A stretch of DNA of 64,000 nt from Balanoglossus misakiensis. Lineage: Eukaryota > Animalia > Hemichordata. The translations under genes were made by a program, and so were the position numbers. The stretch covers positions 6,349,808-6,413,807 of the forward strand of contig CM082585.2 in the NCBI GenBank assembly GCA_040954595.2. The letters run 5' to 3'. This document shows positions 51,637 to 64,000 of this stretch, piece by piece. How positions within the stretch are numbered: position 1 is the stretch's first letter; each line of letters begins with the position of its first letter. The notes under the pieces are model-generated. The model was not told the DNA's origin, did no database searches, and worked only from the letters and a program-made list of their open reading frames with translations.

Positions 51637-53314
51637 GATTTACACGTTGCAGTGCACTGCCAGTACGAGAAGGGGGTTGCAATGTTTGTGTCCAGTTGCA
51701 GTCGGCAGTACACGACTATTTCTGTTTCTTGGAGTCTACCATTATCATTGTCAGCCAGGCATGGTGGATTTGGCCTGCAAATATCAGTCGGTACGGTGAT
51801 GAGTTTCGTTCTGTTGCTGATGCAGGGACTGACTTCAATACCGTATCCGTTCGGAAACGTTTTTGTTCCCTTTCAGCGGCTGCCGACCACAGACACCCAG
51901 ATAGTAGTCAGCCGTTTATCCTTATCAGAGAAATAATGTCATACCTCTGTTCTGAAACACTCTATTTACCAATAGCAAGTCCAACAGACGGTAAAATTGT
52001 GAAAATACAGGGACACCAATATCACCTGAGCTGCTCCACATAAAACACAAGATGGTGGTTCCAGTTTGTTTGTTTATTGCATATTTACTCCAATTTCTAC
52101 GTCAGTTATCAACAACGCTCAGCAGGTTTACAGCATGGATACGACCCAAAATAATTTCTATCTTGACGAACCAACTGCTAAGTTTCGGGATTTAACTGAC
52201 GGAATGGATCTACGCACTACAACATCGACGTACACGAACTTTTTCCCCATGGAAATCCCAAGGGAACTGCTGAATACGGATATTCTGTATTTCGTCGCTG
52301 GGGGCGTGTTACTGTCCCGTCTGAGAATGGGAATCAGTGAAACGAAGTGCTTTCATTAGTGAAATTGCCTAATAGTTGTTGTCTTTAGCAAATATTCACA
52401 ATGTTGGTAAATCAATACAGGGGCCCTGTCATCCGATTGGAAATGAAATTAACACAATTGTACAGTCTGAGTTATTATGACACAAAACAACGATTGCCTA
52501 TCATTCCCCGGGTTTTTTAATTGAAAAAAACCCACAGCAACGATAATAAATGTTTGCCCGCCTCAACAACAGTACTAATGAAAAAGACAATTCTCCAATG
52601 CATTTTACATGTAGTTTTCTAGGGACCTAATTGTCATATGACCACATCACAAACAGGGAAATATGCACCTCCTTATTTCACTTTATCCTGATAAAATTTC
52701 ATTTACAAGACATTTCCTTGTCTATCACCATTTCCTGGGTTATATTACAGTCAAAGAAACTTAATAAAAGTCCTACCAACTAAACCCTTCTTCTATATTT
52801 TACTCGTAAAATACGAATAATTATAGGAGATTTAGGCGCATTTTATACACGGAAAGATGAGAACTCTACCATAAAGTAGTTGATTTGTATAATACAATGT
52901 ACTTTGATTTGGCGTTTATTTCGTCAAAAAAGAGAATTTTCAATCGGTTCTTTCAAGGTGTTAATTGGCCATTAACAATGCCCGTCAAATAACAACAAAA
53001 GCATTCATTAATCAGGAATGACTATTGCTGCCTCTGTCTCTAAGCGACGACGATAATGAAGGCATGTACCGGCGGTCCCAGTGAGTGTGGGAGGCGACGT
53101 AACCACCACCAATTTTGAACAACTTAGGGGGCTGTATCAATGGCCGTCGTGTCTCAACAGAACGCTGCCGGAAAGTTCGCCGAGTTTACTGGTCGTCGCC
53201 TGACACTATGCGCCGTGTACAGTACTTGAAAAGGTGATCCGTGATTTTTACTTGTGTATATATTGCTTCGGAGGAACACTTTGTTGGCGATTTCTTCTGC
53301 GATCGGCGAGAATT
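51637..53314. promoter_or_regulatory. Divergent (head-to-head) 5' region shared by MED14 and RAP2
   Basis: The two start codons are about 1.7 kb apart on opposite strands, with CpG-rich patches near 52100-52320 and 53040-53310. The transcription start sites cannot be determined. Confidence 0.6.
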
Positions 53315-53860
53315 ATGCGGGAGTACAAAGTTGTGGTGTTGGGCAGCGGTGGGGTGGGCAAAAGCGCCATCACAGTACAATTCGTCTCAGGAACTTTTGT
53401 GGAAAAGTATGATCCCACGATTGAAGATTTCTACCGAAAGGAAATCGAGGTCGACGCCAACCCTGCGATCTTGGAAATATTGGATACGGCCGGCACGGAG
53501 CAGTTTGCCTCCATGAGGGACTTGTACATAAAAAACGGACAGGGCTTCGTGTTGGTGTACAGTGTCACGGGACAACATACTTTCCGAGATGTGAAACCGC
53601 TACGCGAACAGATCCAACGTGTCAAAGGAATGGAAAAGGTTCCCATCATTCTTGTGGGAAACAAATGTGACCTTGAAAAAGAACGTGAAGTCGCGTTTAG
53701 CGACGGATCGTCACTGGCACAGCAGTGGAACTGTCCTTTCTTCGAGTCGTCGGCCAAAAGCACGCAGAATGTCAATGAACTATTTGCGGAAGTGGTCCGG
53801 GAGGTGGCGTCTATATCAACCGGGCCTTCCAAACAGCAAGGCTGCTGTGTTGTTTTGTAA
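53315..53860 (+). CDS. RAP2: Ras-related small GTPase Rap2, intronless CDS (181 aa)
   Basis: [19 protein letters not shown]-loop; Rap2-type effector loop [11 protein letters not shown]; [22 protein letters not shown] (Thr at Ras position 61); NKCD; SAK; C-terminal CCVVL CaaX. The true start is taken as the ATG at 53315. Confidence 0.96.
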   Translation: MREYKVVVLGSGGVGKSAITVQFVSGTFVEKYDPTIEDFYRKEIEVDANPAILEILDTAGTEQFASMRDLYIKNGQGFVLVYSVTGQHTFRDVKPLREQIQRVKGMEKVPIILVGNKCDLEKEREVAFSDGSSLAQQWNCPFFESSAKSTQNVNELFAEVVREVASISTGPSKQQGCCVVL

Positions 53861-56800
53861 CCAGAAAGCGGGTAAGAACAACTTTCATTAGAGTTTAAAC
53901 GTAATAAACCATAGAAAAACCTTGATTGCTTTTCTGTTGCCTGTAGCTAAGTGAACAGCACTAGTGAAAGATGGCTGTCACTTTCACTACTCGAAACCCC
54001 CCTGGAGTAACCCGACTAATGTCAAAGGAAGTGACAGGATGGGCAAACATGAGTAGAAACAACTGCAGAGGAAATGAATTTTATGGCGAGTGGTCCATCG
54101 ACAGGCCTTCCTTCCTTCAAGAGCTTCTTAATCCACTCACTTGTGCTTATAAGGCAGTCTGAGTGTTTAAAAACATGACACTGCATGTATAGGAATTTGA
54201 CTGTGTCCAATGACAAGTAATTCCATTGACTGTGTACACACTGTTACACCCATTGACAAACCCTGCTACCAAAACACAAACCTTTGTGTCAGAATCCAAA
54301 GAATTCTTGTTTATTCAAGGAAATGTGTAGATATGTTGTATTTTCTGCTTTGGCTCTGAATAATCTGGTGCATGAAATTATGACAATCACTTATAGGGTT
54401 ATTATCCAAGTTTAGTGCTTGGCACTAGTGATTGACAGTAAACTGTGAGATTCACCAACAAAATAAACAATATCTTTGCCACTAGAATGTTAAGTATGTT
54501 ATCCACAGTTTGTGTCTACTTTCTGTTGACAGACTTGGGCAGCCAGAAAATTCCCACCACTGTCCAACAAAACTGAAAAGGAAATTAGTCATAATTATTA
54601 CATAGGAAATGGAACCACATTATAAAACTATTACCAATACAGTGAGACAATAGTAATTTCATAATTTGCATAAATTAGAATTTTCTCAAGGTTGATTTAC
54701 TCTTAACTATTTATTAAATCATTACTTTCAGTCTTGGAATATATCTCTTGAAGGGATTATTTCAGCAAATATGTTTTTGCTATGGCACTGAAAACTGGTT
54801 GCTAGGCAAATTGGGCAATTGTATCATTAGTTTTTAATATAAATAAATAATAAATAGATGTGGATGGCGAATTTAAATATTTATCTGTAACATTAACCAT
54901 TGTCAGCTGTTTTCTTCTGAAGTCCATGATCTACTTCCTGTGATAAAAATATATTTAAATGACATTTCTTTTGTTTGATTTGCTCTTAATATCTATTGAG
55001 AAAAATTACTACGTTTATATCTATCTGACAGCTAACCAATAAACTATCTAGCCATTTGTTGATTATATTGGGTCAATGGGACTTCCGTGCCTATTTGCAA
55101 AAACACTACTTCTTTATTTTTACACAAACATGACCAACAGAACTGGTGGCACTTTTATGTGACTAGTACTGATAATATCTATGCATTGTCACCCATCAAA
55201 CAAGTACCACCAGATCCGGTTGATTATTGTCTGTAGAAATAAACAAGTGTCTTAGTGATTACCTGACAAAGTCTGGACAATAGTGTTGATCACATACATA
55301 CAGTTTATCTAGGACCTGGTCATGGCTAAAGCTGTCCTCTTTGGGTGTAGATTAGAGAACAATAAACATTCTGAATTGAACCCTTACTAAGTAATATAGT
55401 CATCAAATTCCCAGGGTAGTGTGCTGGGGTCCAAATTCAAGGGGTAAAATTACACTTATGCACTTCTAAGGGCAGCCATCATTTTTTTCAACATATAAAT
55501 TTTGTACCAAACGAACAATGAGGCTTTGCATGTGTATATGTGCACTATAACCAACAACAATAAAAAGTTAAACAGATAAAAATTCAACGTTGTTTATGAG
55601 CTCCAAAGTTAGAAAATTGAGCTGTATAGATTCCATGCAGAAAGCATCCTGTTATTGCAGACAATTTGAACACAATTAATAGCTCGAGATAGTGTAATTT
55701 TTCAATCTTTAATGATCTTACGGCTACCTGGGCACACAGTGTCACGCGGCGTCTATGGAATTCACCTAGTGGCAATATTTCACACAAAGGAGTTTGACCT
55801 GCAGGTATTAAACAGAGGAGCTGTCAACCAACTCATCCATTTTCTGTGTTGTCTTTTCTTTGCAGGAATTCATGCATACGAAAAAAAAAAACTACAAGAA
55901 GAAGATGTCTAACACGGCTGTCGATTTTATCAAGAACTGAACCCCAACCAACCCTGGTCGAGGCAGCTTTTTAATTCACACAAGTCTTCCAAAACACTAT
56001 TTTCACACTTATTCCTAGACCTATGTTTACATTAACCCTTCTTGCAGAAAGAAGAGTATAATTGTATTTTACTGTTTAAGAAGGTAGGAATATACAGAAC
56101 ATAATAGATTACCCAGTTAAGGACGACATCCTATTTACAAACTGCATTTTATTATTTTGTGTGCTACCTGTCAAGCCTTGTAGACATCTTTTGCAAAGCA
56201 ATTACTGCCCGATATGGATTTTATTGCCTCTAAAGCATCTATTATTTACACTTCAGAGCTGAGTGAATACATCTCCACAGACCGACCCGAAACGCTACCG
56301 TAGGGACATGCGAGCGAAATTGCTTACTCAAAAGCAAAAGGTCTTTTGTCAGTGTTGCTCGTGTACGGTAAATTATTTCACAAAGAACGTAGCAAAGGTT
56401 ACTTTGTGTTGTCAATTTTAATTATGTCTGTCTGTATCATAGTGGAAAGCTACTAATTTCAATATCATGGGGTGGTATATATTGAGATATTCGGGGTGGG
56501 TGTAATTTTGCACCGAATTTGTTTGACGCACGGCGTGTTGCATAGAAAACAATAGCACAGGGATAGGCTTGTTGAATGCCTGTCCAGTGCCTGAATTCTA
56601 TGTAGGGGGACCCTGCCAACCAGCCTGCTACTGTGGAATGGAAATGATGGATGTTGACCTCTGACCTCTACACACATGAACTGAGGATGTCACATGACTT
56701 CAGTGCAAACACAAATTCATGCATAAACGTGTAAGAATTCTTGTTTTTGTGTGCAGTTGATGTGGCCGTGTTTTTGTAGGGCCTGTGTATTTGAATTCCA

Positions 56801-58135
56801 GGGTAGTCGGAGCATGCTTTGCATAAATAAGCGGTTTTGATATGCATAAACGCGACAGGTTCAAAAGTTTACCCAAAAAAATGGTCCGAACTCCAAACGG
56901 TAGAAATCATTAACCCGGAAACCTTGCATTTTTGTGAAATCATGTTTTGAGATTTGGTGCAGGAGATAAAAATTTGTCTAAAATTATCTGCCTGACTGCA
57001 GAACAGTTCTGGGAGTTGACAATATATATCCACTTTGATAAGCAGATTAACTGTCTTTGAAAATTTGATCATTACCATTTGATTGGATCAAAGTGTTCTG
57101 GATTAGAAGTCTAGACTACTGACATCCTGAATCCAGTGGTATTTGATCAGATCTAAATTTTTCATCAAGTTGCTGCTAATATCTAGGTGTGGTACATTTT
57201 GAATTAACGCTCTTACTCTAAGAAAAATAGTCTCTGTAATTTGACCTGCAATAGGTCAAATTACTGTTTCCATGGCAATGGTGTCACCCATAAACTGTTA
57301 ATCATATTTTGCAAGTGTTCAACTGTGAGTGAGCTATTGCAGTTATAAAGATGAAATTGGCCAATTTGCTGTAGCCTTGCAAATGAAAAATTGCTCACAT
57401 AAAACAGGCATAAGCCTATCATATAAAGTAACACCTCTATAATGAACTAACCGTTCATGCATTTTAACTGTTGAACATTCTGATTGGGAATCAGAATTTT
57501 TTTCTATTTTTAGTATATATGTAAATATTGAGTACCGGTAGTCTGCTTTGAACAAGAAGCTTTTGTCGCCCGGTGTTTGTACAGGGCAAAAAGTCAAGGT
57601 CACACGTACTGTTCAATCTAGGTAGAAATGACTACCACCTTACCGAGACCATAGGTATTGGTATAGGGCCTGGAATTTATACCAAGGTGTTCAGCTCCCC
57701 TGGCAGTATTCAGATTTTAAAGATATTTTTTTGATATAATAAACCTTTATTCTCTTTACAGTAATTTCATGTTGGTTTGAGAACCAATTTTGCCTGAGGA
57801 TTCAATTTTGAAAATTTCTTAGTCTTCCCCAGAGAACTGCAATGCAGATTTTTTTACTCCTGAAGTGCTTGAGGCTTCCACCTCAGTCGACAATTTCTTA
57901 CAAATTACCTTGACTATGGAATCCAGTTTGCAGTCCTAATCAAAATACCATTTTTTATGTCAGACAGATCTGAACCACACCCTACAAGTCTGTCTTTTCA
58001 TTGTCTGGCTCTTACAAAGCAGCTGTGGTCATACCTTGGTTATCTCATCAGATTTTTTTTAAAAAACGTTTCATGATATAGAAATATAAACACACGGTCA
58101 CATGCCATCAATAGTTTTGATGTAATTCTGCTCAA

Positions 58136-58225
58136 ACCCTTTCACCCCCAGTTCCTTCTTTAGAGGTCCAGCCTTATCATAAGAGACAATGGGTTTGGAC
58201 TGAACCATGGTTGTAAAAGGCTTAA
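58136..58225. mobile_element. TTAA MITE copy (same family as 10652-10744)
   Basis: ACCCTTTCACCCCCAG...TTTGGACTGAACCATGG...GGCTTAA; reverse-complement match to 10652-10744. Confidence 0.7.
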
Positions 58226-58730
58226 CCAAGTGGGGAGTCTCTTTTTTCTGCTATCTGAATAGGAGATTGACATTGCACTTGACCTTGGGAGATCCGTCGG
58301 CATTCCTCGCCGACAAAGCTCATACTTTGAACTAATCAGTGATGTCCTTGCAGAGAGAACCTGCCAATTTCTGTCAAAAGCAGACTCAATGCCACTCTTT
58401 GCAACCTTATAATTGCTATGATCGTTTACTATCCCATGCAATACATACTGTAACTGCAACAAGCCAATCAGCAACGGTGTGTCAGCTTTGTGCATGATAC
58501 AACTCCCATGATTGGCCGCTACAAGCCAATCAGCTTACATGCTACACATGACACATCATTTGCGATTAGCTGTCACAGAGCCATAAGACATTCCATTACA
58601 TAATTCCATGTTCTATGGGCAGTACACCAATGGCAATGTAATTATCGTAGACTTTGCTAAATTAGACTTCTGATATACTTGGGTCACTTTCCAGAATTTG
58701 TGAATAATAGAAATCGCCATATATTGCAAG

Positions 58731-58816
58731 CTTTCACCCCAGTTCCCTCTTTAGAGGCCCAACTTTACCGTTGGAAATAATGGGTTTGGACTGAACCATG
58801 GTGGTGAAAGGGTTAA
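58731..58816. mobile_element. TTAA MITE copy (same family as 10652-10744)
   Basis: CTTTCACCCCAG...TTTGGACTGAACCATGGTGGTGAAAGGGTTAA. Confidence 0.7.
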
Positions 58817-59106
58817 AAAATGATCAAAATACAGTATTAGGCACAATTTACTTATGCCAGCGTTTTTGACTTTTACTTTGGTGTCTGAGAAATGTTTGTC
58901 TGGTATAGTCAGTTACCAGAACATACTTGATCATAGGTGCATAAGATAGAGTGATACAAAGACATTTTTTGCAGTTGAAACCACTATTTCTGCACAGTGA
59001 TAAACACACTCAATCAATGCTTATGACCACAGTTGATTTGTATCATAAACTGGTGATCGTAGGTAGTGCATACTAACAGGTAGTGACTATATCCAGTATC
59101 CTATGA

Positions 59107-59290
59107 AAGGAAATTGCTATATTTGGTAAGGCTTGACGGAAAATAACTGTATTTGGCATGCACATGCTTTGACAGGAAATTGCCATATTTGGTGTGGCAT
59201 ATTTGGAAATGACCATATTTGGTTTGACTTGAAATTGTCTGGCGCATATTGGCAGACAATGAGAGTTTGGCGGCCATTGACATGGTAATT
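59107..59290. repeat. Degenerate short tandem repeat (GAAATTGCCATATTTGG-like)
   Basis: The ATATTTGG motif recurs at roughly 15-35 bp spacing. Confidence 0.55.
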
Positions 59291-62200
59291 TGGGACACAA
59301 ACCATTGTATCTATTCAACGTATTATCTTCATATTTTTTTGTGTATAGATTTTGTTATTTGTTGATGTTGTTTTACATGTTCTACTGGTGCTGTATCCAT
59401 AAGGACACTCTTATACCTATGCATTTATTGAATATTTATCTTGAGCATTGCTCTTCAAAAACAATTGTATATTGAAAACAAGTGTAAGGCAGACAATTCT
59501 CAGGACATGTACTAGTACCTTGAATAGTTTTTACTCCATGCTAGGGGGTCTAATCAGAATTGCATCGTGGGTAAAAAGTTGGCAGAAATCGGCCATCTTG
59601 AAATTCTGTCGGCATGAGATTTTTATCACTCACCTAGGTAGCTAAAACCTATTTAAGGTAGTGAGAATTGTCTGTTTACAAGAGATCTGATGAATGTTTT
59701 CACATATAAACAACTCCGCATAAAAACAACACCGCTTCTGCTCAATGCCTCCCTTCCAGAGTAACACTATTTTATACTTGTTTATTAACACAGAAATGTT
59801 TTTAATTTTTGTAGTCCGACAGTTTTCACACGAGTTTGTGAACATTTTCAAGAAAATAAAACTTAAATGAGACAGATTGATAATTATTTTACCTTCAAAA
59901 TGAAAATGATTTAGAATCATGATGTTATAAAATGACAGAAAGTGTTGTGTTGTGGGGAAGGATTGACTTGTGGTTGGTGTTTTTCAAGAAAATTTTTATG
60001 CCTTATCTCAAAGTATCTCAACAATTCAAGGAAATTTTTACTTCTCTGATTTTAATCACATGTAGAATTTTTGAAAAAAATGACAGTAGAATTTTAATGA
60101 AATATTTTTACAGTAAAACAAGAGTTTTTACCCTATCACGATATATACAGTGTGCTTGCTGCATTTTATTGGTGAGGGGCAGGTTTGGTTTGTATCTTCC
60201 AATGGCCTGAATATCTTTTCTCGTTCTTATATTCGTCTAAGTTGGTCACCTTGGTTTCTCCTGAATAGCAGACCATGGTCTGTTTTCTTAAAGACGAACA
60301 AAAACAACGCACATTTCACTCTCAATTTGGCACATGTCTGAGAATGTGAATTAAAAATGGCAAAATAAAAGGATTTTGAAAAAAAAATATTGTGATTTCA
60401 TGAAAAAATAACCTGCCTCTCATCGCCACCACACTAGGTAGGCTCATTGCATCTCATCTGTCAGGCTAGGGGGTCTAGAATATTTTCAGATAGATGGGTT
60501 CATCATGTTTAAAATACGATATGTTTGCAAATATTAAGATCTCTGTTTCTTAACATATGCAAACAACATGTACATGTTCAAAAAGCAATATTTTTATAAC
60601 GGAAGTAAATTTTCTAATTTCAAGCAAACAAAAATGTTTGGCTGAAAATATCAAATAAGATTTAAACAAATTAATAACTATGTGTTATGTACTATCCTTG
60701 TATTTATGGAAAAAAATCAAATGCAGTAGAAATAATGTATAGGATTTGCATGTGTCTTAATAGTGACAGAAAGCAGAAAATGTAAAATCTCAAAATCTTT
60801 GCTCTTCCGCTAGATTTTAACACTTATCAAGCGCTTTATATTTTCAAGAAAATAACTTTATTCCAATTTCCCGTCATGAACTTGGTGTATTTTTATCTGA
60901 CTCTCTGTAGCAATAAGTTGCAAGGTTGTCCATTGTATCTTCTGTTAAGCAAAACAATACAAAATTTGCAAGGGTTTCAATGCATATTGCTTTGTATCAT
61001 GATCCAATCCAAGATGGTTGCTACACCGACATCTGATTTGCATGTCAACTGAACTATTTATTAACCAATTATGTAGATACATTCTCACATAATTCAAGAT
61101 GGCTGACATAAGCTTTTAACGTACATCCTACATTCCTTCCTAGATCCCAGTCAATATTAAATGTACACATGACTTGAATATGCACACATGAAGGAACACC
61201 CATGTATGTTAGTGGGGACTGTGTCGTCAATCATGATATGTGTGTAGATACATGTACCATTATTATATCAAATTAATGATTTCTTCCCAAATTACTAGTA
61301 TTCTTCAAACTTGCATATTTGATATCTGTTATGAATTTTAGCTTCAGTTCATGGAAAATCCTAACCAATCTTGTATACTTTTATTCCATCTCGAATTCTG
61401 ATGAAATGTAATGTCAACAGAAAAGCTGAAATAATTTGTTCATGTTTTAACTTTCCTGATTTTAATCTATTGTCATACTAACACTGTATATTCTCATGTT
61501 CTGTTCACTAGTTTTGTGCAATCTATATCTTTTTATTAGTTTCAATAAATCTGGATAAAATTAAGTGATCACTGTTGCCTGTCAGATGTTATTCTTCTTG
61601 TAGTCTTGGTTACCCAGACCCCCCCCCCCCCCCCCCTGCTTCTTCCGTTGGGCACTCCAGAAAGAGGGTCTGGGGAAACCACCATAGACAAATCTCCGGG
61701 CAAAGATGGCCGACTTGAGACAAAAGCGATGCATGATGGTTACAGCCATCTTTGCCTGGAGATTTGTCTATGTATTAAAACGGTGCCACACTGATTTAAT
61801 CAGCCTCCATACGAACAGTACGCAACTATCGTGGTATGCGTCGCCAAGAGATGACAAACTGATGTAAATGCAAGTAATGGTGAGGATTTTAGAGGATACA
61901 TTTGAAGTACATGTACAGTGGTAAAAATATTTGAAATTTGGCAGCTATAGGGGCTTTAACGTATCTGTAATGAATATCTGCATAGCAGAGAGCAGATATG
62001 ATCTGCTGAATTATATTATATAAGGAAGTATAAACAAAAAGCTTTGGACTCACGTTCAGCCAATCCATGTGGCACGTACGTCATATTGGAATAGGAATTT
62101 TCCCCACTGCCGAGAGAGGGCGCTCACACATTTCACGACTGCTCATTCAAGTGCCACACCCATCCTGAATGATGAATGGGTCACCTGATGCAAACGGAAA

Positions 62201-64000
62201 CAAAAGGCCTCTCATGCGAGTGAATATACACACGACAAAGCTCAGGCATTAAATTTCCTCAGAATATAAACCCCAGATTCAGCCAATCAGAAGGCTGGAT
62301 TCAGATCAAGCATAATATATTTTCAAGTACAGTAAAAAGCTACACTGGATGGATCCTGTTCTACAATTTCTAATTCATATGGAAAAAAAATATGAATGAA
62401 GGAGAAACCCTACAGGTAGAAATTAACAGTAATACACCATGAATACCAACAATCACAAGACATTCTATTGACTTTATTACATTACAAAGACTACATTACA
62501 ATTGACAATGTACAAAACACGATATCCATCAACTATTAAGGAAAGTGAAGGGGTCGGACAGGGGTCATCAAAGGTCATAAATATATATAGATAATTAATT
62601 TCCAGATTTGTTTCAAAAGCATAATATATTCAACATATCACCTGATTTTCTTCAAATAATCTTCATTATAATTACCATATATATCATAAAACCTCTGCCA
62701 GTGTACTGGCACTTTCCTTAATACTAAAAACAGTCAAAAAAGTATTTCAGCATAAATATAGAGAATTGACCGTCGTGTTTACATCATGCTTTGTGGGATG
62801 AACACTTAACGCGGTCGTTAACGGTGTTAGTATGTAAATCTAGGTAAATATAAGTATTATCCTAATACGGTAAATGGTTGAAATAACTATGGGATATATA
62901 TAAAGACGAGTAAATTCGGTGATAGAAATATGATAATCTGCATGCTTCAAGGTGAGATGAAATGTGTAATGATAAAAGCTCTGTGTACAGTACAGAAAAT
63001 AGAAAATATGTGAAGATCGGCCCACTGATGCATGTAACAATCGACTGTATACACACACTGCAGTTTCAATATGTGTCAAATATTCATGTGAAATGATTGC
63101 TTTTCTGTTTCATCCCGACGCAATAGTGGCGTATCTACACATCAAAGGGATATTACTGTAAAATGGGGAATTTTGGCGACAGTATTGCTCACATGTCGCG
63201 TCATGCTCACCATGTACCCACAATGCACTGCACCTAATCTCACAATTGACTACCCATAATTTTAATGCATCCTGAACATAATTGTGCAACCAATGGAATT
63301 TGATGGGATAATGATCATCGCATTTCTATAGATACATATTATCCTTCATAAAACTATTAGGATTTCGGGTAGTTACAGTGATTATTACACACATCAGTGA
63401 AATTCCCAGCTTAACGCTACACAGTAAGCTCCTGAATAAAATAAAACATAGATTTTCAAAAAGCTGTTTAAGATTATGTGTGAAATTCACTCAATAAGTA
63501 ATGCTGACATAATAATATGAATTCTGTGTTTGATCTAAACACTTCAGCCGGTCATCAAATAAATATTTGATTTCGAAAACAGATAAAGCCTCTTTCCTAA
63601 TTATGGGTATTGCACTAGACTGGTGACTGTGTACAACTGCCTTCAATCATCTAAGAAAAGGGTACTGCCCTTACTTATTGCAAATGACATTACTTATTTA
63701 AAATGAGGTATGGTGAGAAACATCAAATGCAAAAACCAACAGAAAACTTATTTTGATTCGTCAAGTGTGAACTTTGACCCGGACTAGCAGTATCAGTTAC
63801 CTCACAGCGACCGATATAAATTCAAACCTTTCCTGTTTTGTCGGTTAAGTGAGAAATAGAAATGTCAATAATATTACGATGTGGTTCGATAATCTTTCTT
63901 GCGGTGTTGACATATGTGTCAAAGTATGTATAAAGGTGAGTCGGTACCATAATCTGATGAAATAATTTCCCAGTAGATTTGGGGTCCAAGCAGCATTGGA

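Noticed and set aside
51595-52359. Plus-strand ORFs of about 100 aa in the MED14/RAP2 interval
   Set aside because: Mostly non-ATG starts with no recognisable motifs; they overlap a probable UTR or promoter.
53234-53314. 27-aa N-terminal extension of the Rap2 ORF from a GTG
   Set aside because: Rap2 proteins begin MREYK; the ATG at 53315 is the likely start.
53431-53832. 133-aa antisense ORF over Rap2
   Set aside because: Shadow frame of a real CDS.

Overview
Intron-rich, AT-rich animal genomic DNA, probably from an invertebrate. The repeat content and gene structure would fit a non-vertebrate deuterostome, but this cannot be proven from the window. Three protein-coding genes can be reconstructed. 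(1) A glypican of the GPC1/2/4/6 (dally-like) subfamily on the + strand: six coding exons at 10806-32251, with its 5' exons outside the window. (2) A complete MED14 (Mediator subunit 14) on the - strand: 39 coding exons at 36882-51636 that splice into a 4377-nt frame (1458 aa). It has two U12-type minor-spliceosome introns, one GC-AG intron and a 27-nt microexon. (3) An intronless Rap2 GTPase on the + strand (53315-53860), head-to-head with MED14. The rest is intronic or intergenic DNA with several short MITE/foldback elements, a 216-bp tandem duplication and simple repeats. I found no convincing new biological system. The most notable observations are the non-canonical splicing of MED14 and the glypican-Rap2 linkage. 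Nearly all other ORFs in the supplied track appear spurious.
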